Shown: positions 11,896 through 24,688, counted from the first letter of the stretch. The stretch is 64,000 bases of DNA from Paramoeba atlantica (GCA_977017575.1 CDRNVI010000004.1:496001-560000); one strand, 5' to 3'. Translations and numbers: made by a program. Notes: generated by a model not told the origin, from the sequence alone.

Positions 11896-12756
11896 GTAGG
11901 TAATTACGGGATAAAATATGACCCAGATAAAAAAAATTGTAAGATGAGAAGGAAGAAGAGAATAATTCAAACTAAGCAACTAAAAATGCCGGAATAAAAG
12001 ATTCGTACTTCAAACCTCTAATTTCAAACAAACTTCAAAATCCAACAACAGATCTTTCTTCCTTGTAGATCTTGCCTCCTAAGCATTACTTAGGAGGTAA
12101 GATTCTTACTTAGTAAGAAGAGAATAATTCAAACTAAAGAACTAAAAACGTAACGAGTAAAAGATACGTACTTCAAGCTTCGTACTTCAAACGAACTTCA
12201 AAATAGAAAAACAGATTTTACCTCCTTGAGAATTTCATCTTCACAGCGAGGTGAGCATACTTGGTGAGCACTCGTGGTACATCACACAACCGGTGAGGAT
12301 CGCACGCCCCCGGGAGCAGTGGGCTGCCCGGGGGCTGGATGCTAGGGCCGCTGCCCAAGGCCTCACGCGGGATCGACGTGCGCTGCGGGACGCGCAGCAC
12401 GGCGTGTTGAGACCTCCATTCTGTGCCAGGCGTAATGCGCCCTCTCTCCTCTTCTTTTCCTCGTGACAGGCGCGGTTACCGCCGGTGTACATTATTGGGT
12501 GTATAATTTGGTAAGAAATATAACTTGAACGGTAGCGGTCCGAGATAAAAAGACGTGGAGTTTACTATTTGGGCTACAAATGACTTATATTGTAGTCATT
12601 TTTTGGAAATTTGCGAAAGTGCATAAAAGGACTATTACTCATTTTTTAGAAATGTGAAATGCGGTTTTTCGATATACTAGGTGTTATTTCCCTATATTTA
12701 CCATTCCTTGTCTCAAAAGAAATACAGATCCTGATTGAAGAAATACCCGATTTTGA

Positions 12757-13848
12757 TTATAACTGCAATCTTTGTATGAATTTCCAATCTTCATCTTCAC
12801 TTTCATCAACAAGCAACTCACTAGAGTCTTCTTCTTCTTCTTCTTCTTCCATTTTGTCGTGTTCAAACTCGTTTTCTACTTCATCTTCTTCCAACTCGCT
12901 TTTACTATCACTTTCTGTCCCCATGTCTCGAGCTACTTTAAACGCACATAACAGTACTTGTAACTTCTCTTGCCAAGACGGCTTTTTAAAAAATAAGGTA
13001 AACAACGCCACCGTCCGCTTAGACTCTCTCAACGACATCGATAGCCTACCTTGTTTACGTATAGCTCGCTTCACTGCTGAATGACATGACTCCGCGTTGT
13101 TGGTGTGAGTTCCATCAGCAGTTACAAACTTAAACTTTCCTTTACTAGAATGGTTCACAGTGCGGTGGTCGCGAAATGCAATAACGTTCGAGTATCCTTT
13201 CCACCCGTCTGTAGTTACTATGGTACGTTGGCTGTCCAATGTGTGCTTCCTGATCGCCTGCTCTAAGGTTTCTTTATTTCGATTTTTTACGTGTAACCAC
13301 ACTGTGCTTACCGATTTACCGTTCCTTGCAACTTCCGTAAGAGTCAATACCCACGTTGGTTTCTTACGAGTTCTTCGTCCGCGGTTGTACTTCCGACTCC
13401 ATAAATAAGTCTCGTCAACCTGACAACGCGAGTACTGTATCTTGGAGTTCCGATACTTCATGTACCGATAAACTGCATCTAAGAGCTCTTTTTTCCATGT
13501 AAATGCAGTTTTCCGGTCAACTTCGCATTGCGAAGCAATTGAGCTCATTGGAACACCTTGACACAGTTTTACCCAAAAAGAGAATTTCTGCTTTCTTTTC
13601 TTTTGTTTGCAAGACATGTAGGGATACAGCAGTGATAGACGTTTTCGACAACTCCCCTTCTTCCAACGTTTCCAGCAAATGTTTTCAAAGCGTCTCGCTG
13701 CACACCCTGTACCCCCATGCCTGCGACAAGTTTCGGACTTCACAATACCATGGCTTAGAAGAAATTTTTCGAATTGCTCGAATGGAATTGAGCCATCGTT
13801 TTTCCACTTGAGAACACAACGCATATCCGAGCATGAACAGGGGGCCAT
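12757..13848 (-). mobile_element. Merlin (IS1595/ISXO2-like) transposase, intact 363-aa ORF
   Basis: VDETY..RKYNRGR..W, TDGWKGY, HRTVNHS, DGTHTNNAES; Cys/His N-terminus and acidic tail. Imperfect inverted ends TTGTAGTCATTTT near 12590 and 13955-13968. Confidence 0.9.
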
Positions 13849-14284
13849 TTAGTGGAAAAAAAAGAAATGAAATAAGCCAAATCTTGTTTCACGCATAAAT
13901 ACAATGTATTCTGAGGGAAATGTCATGTTATATATTTGCTTCTCAACGTTTCCCCAAAATGACTACAAGATATCACCCCATTAACCACTATTTGCTTTGC
14001 ATGATCGTTTAGGTACGATGTGTGCTATACAACTTTATACGGAAAACAAAGCTTTTAATTTATTCACATTCTAGAATTTACTGAATGCTATCCTACCCTC
14101 ACACTGATCATGCATATTTCAACGCATGACCTGCCGGGATTGGGACCGGTGACAAGCGTGTTTGTGGAGGCTGTGAAAATAGTAGTTTCGTCTGTAGTTT
14201 CGTTAAACTGTAAGTAGGAAATACAGAGTTTGTTAACACTGTTAGAATCCAATCTTACTTATTACTTGTTTGTCTGAAAAAGTA

Positions 14285-15813
14285 ATGCCTCCATCTTCGG
14301 CCTCTTTTCGACCAGCCTCTGCACCCCGAAACAAAAAGAAATTTGCACAAAAGAAAACTCTTTCAAACTCTCGATTAAAATCCTCCGCTGAGGCTTCGCA
14401 TTCCCCATCTTGCATCGGGTTTGCACCCCCAGGTCACTTCTCGGGCCGACTTTTTCAGAGCGAGTTTGACCCCTCCTTCTACGTCCCCCCTCGGCTTCGT
14501 CACGTCAGCACTGACTTGGTCAGTGCCGTAAACGACTTTCACTATGCCATGATCAATGATCACCCTCGGAATGCGTTTTACCACGACCTTTTACGAGCCA
14601 AAATAATCCCCGGAGTGACCTCTGTTCTTGAGATTGGAACCGGCAGTGGGCTGCTCTCCATGATAGCCGCCAAACTTGGTGCTCGCACCGTTCTTGCCGT
14701 CGAGGGAAGCGCCGACCTCGCTCGTCTCGCCACCGCCAACATTGCCGCCAACCATCTCTCCCCCACCATCCGTGTACTTCACAAAATGAGCACCGACCTC
14801 ACCCCTCACGACCTCCCTGACCCCTGCTCACCCCCCGACCTTCTCCTCAGCGAGCTCTTCGGCACCCTTCTCCTCGGAGAGAGTAGTCTGGACTACATTA
14901 CCGACCTCCGTTCCCGCGGTCTTATCCTCCCCCCCACCACCACCATCCTCCCACGTTACGGCCGCCAGTACGCCGTCTTGTTACACTGTCCCACTCTCGA
15001 GGATCTCACCTCCATCTCTACCTCAGGTCACAACCCCAACAACAACAACCCTAATAACAACGACAACCCCAATAACAACAACAACAACCCTAATCACAAC
15101 AACAACCCTAATCACAACAACAACCCTAACAACAACGACCCTAACAACAACAACCCTAACAACAACAACAACCCTAACAACAACAACCCTAATCACAACA
15201 ACAACAACAACAACCCCAATAACAACCCTATCCACAACCACAACCGTAATAACGACAACCCTACCCCCCCCTCCCCCTCCCCCTCCCCCTACCCCTTGCA
15301 CCTCTCCCTCTCCCCCATGGACACCCTCCGCGACACCTCCAGCGTCGTCTTCACCAAGAGGCTCGGGTTCCCCCTCAACCACGTCCCCCACACCCCCCTG
15401 TGCGACCCCATCCCCCTCTTCACCGTCGACTACGCCTCCTCCACCCCCGCCGCCCTCTCCCCCCGCGCCCCGTGGGACACCGAGGCGGTGCGCGTCACCG
15501 CCCCCGGGGTCGCCCACGCCGTGCTGCTGTACTGGAAGGCGTTCCAGGAGGCAGCGGGGGGGGAGGAGGCGGGGGGGAGCCCGTCGGGCCCGTGCTCTCG
15601 ACGGACCCACGGGACACGGTGGGGAACCTGGCACGGGATATGCAGTGGGGGCAGGGGGTGCAGTTGCTGGAGAAGAGGAGGGGGGAGGGGGAGGGGGAGG
15701 AGGTGTGTGGGTTAAGGGTGAGGGAGGGGGATGAGGTGACGTTAAGGACGAGGGTTACGGAGGATCGTGTGGGGATGCAGTTTGAGGCGTGGGTGAGTAA
15801 GAGGCGGGGGTGA
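14285..15813 (+). CDS. PRMT7: Protein arginine methyltransferase 7, kinetoplastid type; apparent 1-nt frameshift in G runs near 15555-15578
   Basis: NDFHYAMIND..RN.FY, VLEIGTGSGLLS, LLSELFGTLLLGES..DY; then LSTDPRDT..RDMQWGQ in the -1 frame, ending at TGA 15813. Matches T. brucei PRMT7 motifs as recalled. Confidence 0.85.
15030..15262 (+). repeat. In-frame Asn/Pro microsatellite insert in PRMT7
   Basis: (AAC)n runs punctuated by CCC/CCT codons; about 75 aa of NNNP-type repeats. Confidence 0.95.
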
Positions 15814-16040
15814 GGGTTGGGGGGAGGGGGGAGGGTGTGTGTGTGTGTGTGTGCTTTTGAGTTGAGGTTCGGGTAGGGAGGTTGGGCGTGAAGCGGAGTA
15901 ATTTGGTTACCGTGGATGAAACGGTTGGAGAAACCTTATGACTAATCAATATGAGAAACGCGTCTGGTGAGTACGAAATGAATACTAATATGTTACGCAC
16001 GTCCTTTTCAGACCCTCTTTCTAAATTAATATTAACTAAA

Positions 16041-16723
16041 ATGATGAGGTCGTTCCCTGTTCTTGATGTTTATCAACTCTCATGTAACACGGTTACAAGT
16101 GAAGACACCGGTAGCCGCCGTAAAGTACGAGGAGTAGCACGCCCGCAAGAACTGTACATCTCATCCAAGACGTCATTAATCCACACTGGTCTTGGAGCAA
16201 AGAAACACCAGCCTGTGAGTGGGACGGGGTTTCCTGTAACGATCGGAAGCTGGTTTCAGATATCAAGTGGAATGAACGCAAAATGAGGGGTAGGCTGAGG
16301 TTACGATTTATCCCTGACTCACCCTGGATGACCACGGTTCGTGTGGATCGAAACTTGCTGACAGGAGAGCTGTGGCTCAACCATCTCCCTCCTTCATTGG
16401 CTCGATTAAACCTCCAACGAAACGACTTTACAGGGACACTCGATCTTACAGCCTTGTCCGCGAGTATGGAGACTCTTTCAGTCAACAATAATCAGCTCGT
16501 CGGAGAAATTTGCCTGACTCAACTGCCCTACTCACTCAAAAGTTTATTTCTTTGCCACAATTTATTTACCGGTACCCCAGTGTTGCAATACCTCCCGGGG
16601 CAATTAAAAAATTTCTCGGCTCACGCCATACATGAGTGTCTCTATGACAGTACTAGCTATGAAATTGAACTACTGTATGTTATGCTACAGTATACTAAGC
16701 TGCACATTTCTTCAAATGTAGTA
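16041..16723 (+). pseudogene. LRR family gene 1, frameshifted near 16170, with a degenerate 3' end next to a MITE
   Basis: RKVRGVARPQE, then in another frame W..ETPACEWDGVSC and LP..L..L.L..N.F.G repeats. Confidence 0.8.
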
Positions 16724-17685
16724 CTGTCACCCCCCCCTTTATACTTCAGGGGGGTGAACCCCCCCTTCATACTTCCGTTTTCATCCAGAATAAAAATCAG
16801 CACCCTCCCTTTATACTTCCGGTCAAAAAAAAGGGTTTTTTTTGAACCATTTTCCACACGTTTTTGTATTAAAAGTTAGAGGTGTGTGTAGAGGTATTGC
16901 TAGATGTTAATTTGTTCGCCATATTTTTTCCCATGCCATTACTCACAGTTAGTTAAGCATTATCCCCCTCTTCATCGCGTTGGGCCTCCGAACGAAATAA
17001 TAGTTTCAAGTGCTGATCCTGTGACGTTACCAGTGTCCATCGGTTCACCCCAGGGAGGAAAGAACCCAACAATGTAGGACAAGTTGAATGTGTGTCATTC
17101 GAGTAGCAGTGCTCAACAAATCAGCGAGAAGTACAGCGTCTGATCTCGAACCATCGGCTCCATCCGGAAGAATGGTGTCGGATTTTTCCAGAAAAAAATA
17201 AATCTATCGTGGTCGCAAGCGCGATGGGGTTTGCACAAGGACAAACATGTCTAGATGCAAAAAAATAGCGAACTACTCCTTGGCGAACTGGACGGGTTGA
17301 CAGCCAGCGCGGACATGCGCCTGCAGCAGCAAAGGCGAATGTGCATCGTTTCAAAGACCGTCCCATGAAGCTTCTAATGGTAAATCGTCCCGACACGTAT
17401 TCACTACAGCGTAGTGTACAGCGTATGTTGATTGTGTGCAAGAAGAACACGGAAGCAAACATTATGCCCTGCATGTTTGGAGATTAGATGATTGATTTTT
17501 AGCTATAATAATAGAAAACCAGCGCCGCGAAGCGGCGCATTTTTTTTTTTGCCCCTTTTTCAAAACATTTGTTTCGCGGATTTTTCAAAAAATCAGACCC
17601 CCCCTTTATACTTCCGAAAGTCAGACTCCCCCTTTATACTTCCAAAAGTACCGAAACCGGCGGAAGTATAAAGGGGGGGTGGCAG
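16724..17685. mobile_element. TA-flanked non-autonomous TIR element, family H, copy 1 (962 bp)
   Basis: TA|CTGTCACCCCCCCCTTTATACTTC ... GAAGTATAAAGGGGGGGTGGCAG|TA. The body is homologous to 39960-40401 plus 43341-43612. Confidence 0.85.
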
Positions 17686-17849
17686 TAATATGTTGTCTTA
17701 TTAATTTAGTTCTACATATTGATGGGCTATCCTCATATCCTGTGGAGCGTAAAAACACGACCTGCAGATTAAGAAAAACGGTATTTTAGGTGAACAATAA
17801 ACATCCGCTTTGGCACACTTAAAACCATCACGAATAATAAGAAAACTTA

Positions 17850-18600
17850 AAATCTTATATTTTCTCTTTCAACTTTTCCTCTACGCGTCCTTTTTAGTTC
17901 AGCCGCGGGAGCGAGACTACACGGTCTGATGTTCTTATTTCTTTCGCCGTATAATAGGACGGCGTGGAAGCATTCTTCTCCTGATCTGCAGCCGTGGGAC
18001 AACTTCTGGGGTCTGAGATGCTGGCTTCTGAGATGCTTCATCGGCCCCTCGCTTGAGCCGGCGACGATGCCGGTAGGTCGCGCAGGCACGAGAACGCCTC
18101 CCGGACACAGAACGCCACAAACTATCCACGAAGTCTCCTACTTCGTTGTCCCGTCGAGGTGCATACATCGGACTGAGTTCCAGCTTTGGAGATCCTGGGC
18201 AGCTTCTCCAACAAAGTAGACGGCGCGCGACCGAACATTCATAAACAGATGCCCGCGGCGATCTACGATGTGAAGAATGGCACGCTCCAGCATCTGTGGA
18301 GTAATGTCTATGCCACAAACGGAGCACCCCCCGTGAAGGAAACTATCTATGGTGCGATGAATGCGTTCCAGGATTTCTTTGACTTTTGCACCTAGCTCTT
18401 CTTGAGGAAGAATCTTCTGTGATAATCAGCTTCGGAGGGGTAAATACGTTAACACGTTTCGTGAAAATCCTCTTGGTTGAAGCTAGGACAACCTCATAAA
18501 TAGCCTCTTCACTTTCAACCTCCCAGAGGTTCGCATTTCGAGCTTTTAGATCAGCATTGCTCTCAATTCCAGTCGTTGACAAGACAAAAAGATACGGAAA
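17850..18600 (-). pseudogene. Frameshifted paralog of ORF 25624-26253
   Basis: STKRIFTKRVNVF and EVGDFVDSLWRSVSGRRSRAC match STKKVFTKRVTVF and EVGDFVESLWRSITGQRSRAC. Confidence 0.8.
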
Positions 18601-18784
18601 GCGAAATAACAAACTAAAGATGTGCAAAAACAGTCTTTATCACCACCTATGTAAACACGCTAGATACCGGTTCCAAGCCCGGCGCCGCTTCGTTGATACC
18701 TAGCATCATTGACGCGAAGTGTGAGGAAGATAGGTGGACCCATTGGACGGAGAACCGCTATACTACGTAAACTTTAAGTTTACG

Positions 18785-19029
18785 CATTGAAAGAATAGAA
18801 AAAAAGAAAGAAAGAAAGGGGGGGAGACATAGACAGCAAGAGGTGCAGGCAGTGGGAAAGAACGAAATAGAAAGAAGTGAAGGAAAGAAAGAAAGAGACG
18901 GAAAGCGAGAAAGCAAGGGAGAGAATGAATGAAGGAATAAATGAACGAAGTAAAGAAAGAATAAAGAAATGAATGAATGAAAGAGCGAAGGAAAGAAACA
19001 ATGAAGAAATGAATGAATGAAAGTAAGAG

Positions 19030-19071
<42 letters not shown>

Positions 19072-19260
19072 GAGGGGAGAGATAGACGGCAAAAGATGGA
19101 GACAGTGAGAAAGAACGAAAGAGAAAGAAGCGAGGGAAAGAAAGAATGTGACGGAAAGCGAGAAAGCAATGGAGAGAATGAATGGATGAATGCAAGAGCG
19201 AACAAAAGAAAGAATAAGAAACGAATGACTGAAAGAATGATTTGAATGAATGAAAAAATG
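18785..19260. repeat. Polypurine (GAAA/GAAT) low-complexity tract with an internal duplication
   Basis: Nearly all purine on the + strand; 18800-18930 resembles 19060-19190. Confidence 0.9.
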
Positions 19261-19340
19261 TTTTGACAACACCGGGCTTGAAACCCGGCCTGCACTAAAA
19301 ACCGAAAACTAATTCGGCGGAATTCAAGCAGATTCGATAG

Positions 19341-19925
19341 GGCGTGGAGCCGCTCGCATGGAGTGTGGAGCCGCTGTTTTAGCAGCGTGGAGCCACTCAT
19401 GCTAATTTGATGGAGCGTGGAGCCGCTGTTTGACACAGCGTGGAGCCGCTCGCATGGAGTGTGGAGCCGCTGTTTTAGCAGCGTGGAGCCACTCATGCTG
19501 ATTTGATGAAGCGTGGAGCCGCCGTTTGACACAGCGTGGAGCCGCTCGCATGGAGTGTGGAGCCGCTGTTTTAGCAGCGTGGAGCCACTCATGCTAATTT
19601 GATGGAGCGTGGAGCCGCTGTTTGACACAGCGTGGAGCCGCTCGCATGGAGTGTAGATCCGCTGCTCCTGCAGCGTCGAGCCACTCATGCTGATTTATAG
19701 GAGCGTAGATCCGCTGATTGACACAGCGTGGTGCGGCTCGCATGTAGTGTAGATCCGCTGCTCCTGCAGCGTCGAGCCACTCATGCCGATTTATAGGAGC
19801 GTAGATACAGCGCATGAAGTGCGTTTGATACAGCGCATGAAGTGTAGATCCGCATGTAACGTTGAATCAGTCATGTTGATTTGATAGAGAATATGGCGTT
19901 TGATACAGAATATGACCGCTCGCAT
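19341..19925. repeat. 96-bp higher-order minisatellite built from GYGTGGAGCCRCT cores
   Basis: Unit starts at 19345, 19441, 19537, 19633 and 19729, with 4 cores per unit; it decays rightward. Confidence 0.95.
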
Positions 19926-20031
19926 CAAGGGTACTGCCTCTCGTGGAATTGCCATGGAGCGTGTGACGGCAGTTGGATACAGTGTCGGTTTGCATGACTA
20001 CAGTTCCACGTGTGGACTCTAATCGCTTTTA

Positions 20032-20625
20032 AACCCCCCATAGCGAAAAGTCACCCCCCTCTAACTTTTCAGCCAACTGTCCGTTTGAGCTCATTTTTGT
20101 TGCATTTTGCTGTTCCCAACACAAAGACTTTGCGCGTTATAGCATGGAACCAAGGCTCTCAAATGCGTGCATCCGATAGATGGATTATCACTTTCTTCAC
20201 ATTTTTCAAGAGACCAATTTCTCACACTTTAACAAAATAAATATTCTCCTCCCATGAGAAATTCAATTATTTTTGTCCGTTTTTGCTGATTTTTGTTGCG
20301 AACGAGAGATCTCGTTCTCCTAGCAAAGACCTTTGCCGCTATTTTTTAATATTGACCCACTTGTGTCCCCTGGCCGCGGAGTGTTTGTTTTCTTAAATTA
20401 GTGTAGTATGACGATGCAAAAAATAGAACCTAAAAACAATTTGCTTTTTCAGTTTCTAAAATGATCTAAAAATGGTGGGAACGTGTAGATCTCAGAATTT
20501 TGAACGAGAAAATGATATCTTAACCCCCTTAGGCCCCTTCTTTTAGTGAAAAAGTGGTACCGCAACCCCCCTAAGTCTCGTTGTACAAAAAAAAGAGGGG
20601 GGTGACTTATTCGCTGTGGGGGGTT
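20032..20625 (-). mobile_element. Non-autonomous Tc1-like element of the AACCCCC-terminus family
   Basis: TA|AACCCCCCATAGCGAAAAGTCACCCCC ... GGGGGTGACTTATTCGCTGTGGGGGGTT|TA. Homologous to 31210-31370 and 62013-62190. Confidence 0.8.
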
Positions 20626-21904
20626 TATTACCTTTTGTATACGCCATACCTTTTGTAAGTGTGGTATCCCTGCATCTTAGATGATGCGTAAGTTAGTGGA
20701 ACCCTAAATGACCAGTGCCATTGAGTCGTAGTTACTCGTTTAGTGGAGGGTTTCTAGGTTTTAATGGGGCGGCCTTTTCTAGAGTAGTTCCGCTAGTAAG
20801 AATAGTAAGAATGCTAATTCAGTATAAATTTCTAGTAATACAAGTAGAGACTAGTTGAAGTAGTACTGTTCTGTATAGTTCTGGTGGTTTAAACATGTGT
20901 ATATGTAGGGTTGTCGTCCGAATAATAGACGTGATAAAGATTCCGAGAATGATGGTGTGCTCGGCTTCATTCATTGAACCAACGATTCACTGTATCTCAA
21001 TTTATTGTGTTAAGTTAAATTATTACGAGCGAGGCTTCACACACATCTTGTCGTGTATGTATCCTTCCTTTCAAAGGATGTCTGTATCAAACTTCAATCA
21101 TGTATCACCGTGTCTGCATAAATATTTCGTTTCGTATTTACTATTACTAACTTTAGTTATTTACTATAGTAACAGTATTTATTTTAGTTTTCCTAATTTT
21201 TCTCTAAATGAATTTCCCGACAGCGTATTGAAGCCTTTTCGACATTCGACTTGTTCGGATGCTGGAGAGACCACTTCTTGCGTGTCGTCGGCCCCTTCAG
21301 TGGGATGTGCCTGAGTATCCATGAATGTGCCTTTTTTTCTGGCCTTCATGGTGCCAGGCCTGCCATGGCGCGTCTACTGCGCCGTGATAATGACGGGTTG
21401 GTGGACCCTATCTGGGTAAGCCCAGATTAGGACTACCAACCCTCACATTATTATTCAAATTGTGCTCTACTCTCCATCCAAAAACTAGCATTTTCTTGTC
21501 TCTCCAAGCCAAAAGCAAACCGCGGTCTCGTGTGCCACGACCCGCAGCCCCTCAAAATGATTCGGATCGCTTTTCTTCTTGGCTCACACTTGGGTCTTGC
21601 CTCCAGACAGGTAAACTACAGTAGGTGTAGGCGTTGCAGCATAGGAAAGAAATTCAGAATCCTGCGGAACTGGTAGACATTGGTTCTCAGTGCGCGACGT
21701 TTGGTAAAAATCAACGCTAGGATAGGGGGTAGTACGTGTAATACATTGTATTCTAAGTTGTCGATTCTAAGTGGATACCTAGAGGACTGAAAAATACATC
21801 CAATCTTTTCGTTTTACTCCCCCTTCCGATTTCTTGAACTTCACTTCGCCGCCCCCTATCTACACTGACTTTACCCATCCGACATAATACTTTACGAACC
21901 ACAA

Positions 21905-22615
21905 ATGATCCTTTCCTCCCCCTGCCGTGACACCCCCCCACCCCGCCGTCCCGCCAAAGTCTCCCACGCCACCCTCCCCCCGGAACTCCTCCTGGAGCGC
22001 GCCATCACCTCCCTCACCCACTCCGAACCCACCTGGACCTCCGAAACCCCCGCCTGTACATGGGCCGGGGTCCACTGCAACGAGAACCTCCGCGTCACCC
22101 ACCTCCACTGGGGGTACCGCAAACTCTCCGGCACCCTCACCACCCCCTCCCTCCCCCCCACCCTGCAAAGCCTTAACCTCTCACGCAACCACCTGGGTGG
22201 GTTCCATGCCCTCACCGCCCTCCCCCCCGCCCTGGAGGTTTTGAACCTCTCCTACAACGTGATATCCGACACGCTCGATCTCACCCAGCTCCCACGCTCC
22301 GTGACTCGAGTCGTGCTCGCGGATAACGTGTACTACGGGGGCGTGGGGCTCACCGCACTCCCCCCGGGGCTTCGGCTGCTTTCCCTGCGAAAGAACCGCC
22401 TGGGTGGGGAGGTGGAGTTAACCAAGCTCCCGGCGGGGATGCGGATGTTGTACTTGTCCGACAACCAATTCTCCGGGATTGCGGATGTCACGGCACTGCC
22501 TCCCTGTATGGTGGAGGTGGCGTTGGACCGGAACCGGTTCTCCGGGTTTGGTGTGGAGGACAGGGAGAGGCTTCCAAAGTGGATTAAGGTGTCGGGGCAG
22601 GGAGGGGAGGTGTGA
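21905..22615 (+). CDS. LRR family protein 2
   Basis: AKVSHATLPPE..WTSETPACTWAGVHC cap followed by LPxxLxxLxLxxNxxxG repeats. Confidence 0.9.
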   Translation: MILSSPCRDTPPPRRPAKVSHATLPPELLLERAITSLTHSEPTWTSETPACTWAGVHCNENLRVTHLHWGYRKLSGTLTTPSLPPTLQSLNLSRNHLGGFHALTALPPALEVLNLSYNVISDTLDLTQLPRSVTRVVLADNVYYGGVGLTALPPGLRLLSLRKNRLGGEVELTKLPAGMRMLYLSDNQFSGIADVTALPPCMVEVALDRNRFSGFGVEDRERLPKWIKVSGQGGEV

Positions 22616-22913
22616 GAGGAGGGGGGGTGGTGAGAGGGAGGGGAGGTTGTATGTGATATACAAAAAATATTAAAGTAAATGGGATTAGAGTACTAATGGT
22701 GATGAATTAGAGTACAATTCTAATGGTCATTAGAGTGTGTTCGTGAACTGGAGCCAATGGGGTAAAATTAGAGATATGAAGTAAAAAAAAATACTGTTTT
22801 AGAGGGGAGGCAACTGGTCCCCCTCATTAATTTTTATAAATGACCTTTGTTATTTTTTCGCAAAAATTTATAATTTCGTTCCGAGTCATACCCTTTCAAT
22901 TTTTTCTGAAGTA

Positions 22914-23286
22914 AACGGGGGTCCGGTTTAGCATACCCCCCGGTATGGTACGAGGTCACAGGTATGGTAGCAGGTCACAGGTATGCTAAGTTGTTTGGCT
23001 AAATTTGTAAAAAAGTGATTACTAGCAAATGTTACCAGTGTATGTTAATAATATCATCAATAAAAGTCATAGAAGTGAAAAAACGCGATAAATAGTAAAG
23101 AAAACAAACGAATAATGCTCTGTAGGGTTATGATATACGTGGGCCACCTCGAACAAGAAGTCGACATCACATGTTGTCTGCCTGGAAAACCAGGGGGGGG
23201 GGGTATACTATCGACCCTGGGTCACGATACCATACCCCTCCCCAGGTATGGTACCAGGTCACAGGTATGCAAACCGGACCCCCGTT
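22914..23286. mobile_element. MITE of the AACGGGGGT-terminus family (373 bp)
   Basis: TA|AACGGGGGTCCGGTTTAGCATACC ... GGTATGCAAACCGGACCCCCGTT|TA, with internal AGGTCACAGGTATG repeats. Confidence 0.8.
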
Positions 23287-24399
23287 TACATTATTTCTAT
23301 GTCCCCGAAACATTTGAACCTCACCTCGGACAACGGACTTGGCTTTTATTTTTCCCCGCAGCGCATCGCTGATCAAGAAGAAATTCGTAGAAATTGGCGT
23401 ATAATCACGTTTGTGGAGACAAAGGGACAGGAAGAAGTTTCTCCAGAAAGTGCAGATCTGCCTTTCGTACCTTAGTCCTCCCTTCATTACTCTATGGGTG
23501 CTTAAGCAAATATTTATCGTTAACATCTCATAATTATCATCTTCGTTTACCCGCAATCTATCCTTACAGTGAAACAAATTGGTTCATCCTATCAGCTAAA
23601 GTGTTGTATATCACGTCTTTCCACCTACCCTCTCTCATTAATTTTTATAGATATAAACAGTGTTCGCGGAAACTTTAAAACTTTCAAGAAAGTACTTTAA
23701 AGTTACTTTATTTGTTTTTCTAAAAAATTTCAAAAACTATTTTTCTTCGTATACTTTAGAATCGCAGAATTTTCTTTCATCATGATTTTGATTCCTCTGT
23801 ATTCATTACAGTATTATTAGGCCTCTATACTATACACGATACTCTTTTTTCCGATGGAAAAGCTCACCCGGGGCAGTTTTTGTAAAGAATTAGTTTTTGT
23901 AAAGAAATAGATGCGTGGTGCACGGAACAAAGGGAGAAATATCACCGAGAAAATCCAGCGTTGCACGTAAGTTCCCAAACCGCGACGCCTGAGCACCACA
24001 AGGATATAATAATCTGGAGATCGGAATGTGGCATTCCAACTTCGGCCCTTGAGCACCCAATATCTGAGCGCATATCTGAGCGCAATATCTGAGCGCATCT
24101 TTGCTGTTCACGTCGTGTCAGATGCGGGAACAGGAAAAAAAAAGAGTTTCCAAAAAAAAAAGTTGAAGAATGTACGAGACATCAGTGACGGCGCGAGAGC
24201 CGAAGCTCGACCGCAAGAAGTCACACATTCGACTTACAATAATCCTCCAATAAAGGAAGCCAAGGATTATTAGCTCGGGTAGGAGGGGTTCGCTACTTCC
24301 CAGCGAGGTTTAACTTGTTAAATCGCGACCATTTGTATAAATTTAGACTTTTTGTACGGACACTACCCTAGTTTCTTGGCGTCTTGTTTTACGGACGCC

Positions 24400-24650
24400 G
24401 GGTGGCTCCATACTCGGGAACTGCGGCGGGGAGAGCGGCTAGGAGAGCGACGGTGAGCGTGGCGGGTGGTGCGGCGGAAGCGCGGCGGGGAGTGCGGCGG
24501 GTGGTGCTGCGGGCGGGGAGAGCGGCGGAAGTGCGGCGGGGAGCGCGGCGAGGAGCTCAGCGGGGAGAGCGGCGGGCGGGGAGAGCGGCGAGGAGAGCGG
24601 CGGGAGAGCGTGAGGAGAGCGGCGGGCAGTGCGGAGAACGACGCGGCGAA
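24400..24650. repeat. G-rich GCGGCG/GGAGA satellite; an inverted C-rich counterpart lies at 27780-27950
   Basis: CCCGCCGCRCTCCCCGCCGCGC and CACCCGCCACGCTC are shared in opposite orientation. Confidence 0.75.
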
Positions 24651-24688
24651 GAGGGGTGAAGGGTTACATGGGGTGAAGTATCCATATT

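Noticed and set aside
12008-12021. Second TIR of Harbinger copy 1 (TTCAAACCTC|TAA)
   Set aside because: The match is only partial and lies inside a ~160-bp tandem duplication that spans it.
15550-15585. Programmed frameshift in PRMT7
   Set aside because: The shift lies in G homopolymers, so a sequencing or assembly indel is far more likely. Raw reads would decide.
19341-19925. CRISPR-like repeat-spacer array
   Set aside because: The spacers are themselves repeated every 96 bp; this is a minisatellite.
21335-21365. ingi/L1Tc Pr77 HDV-like ribozyme (TGGTGCCAGG)
   Set aside because: Only about 10 nt match and there is no room for the nested pseudoknot.
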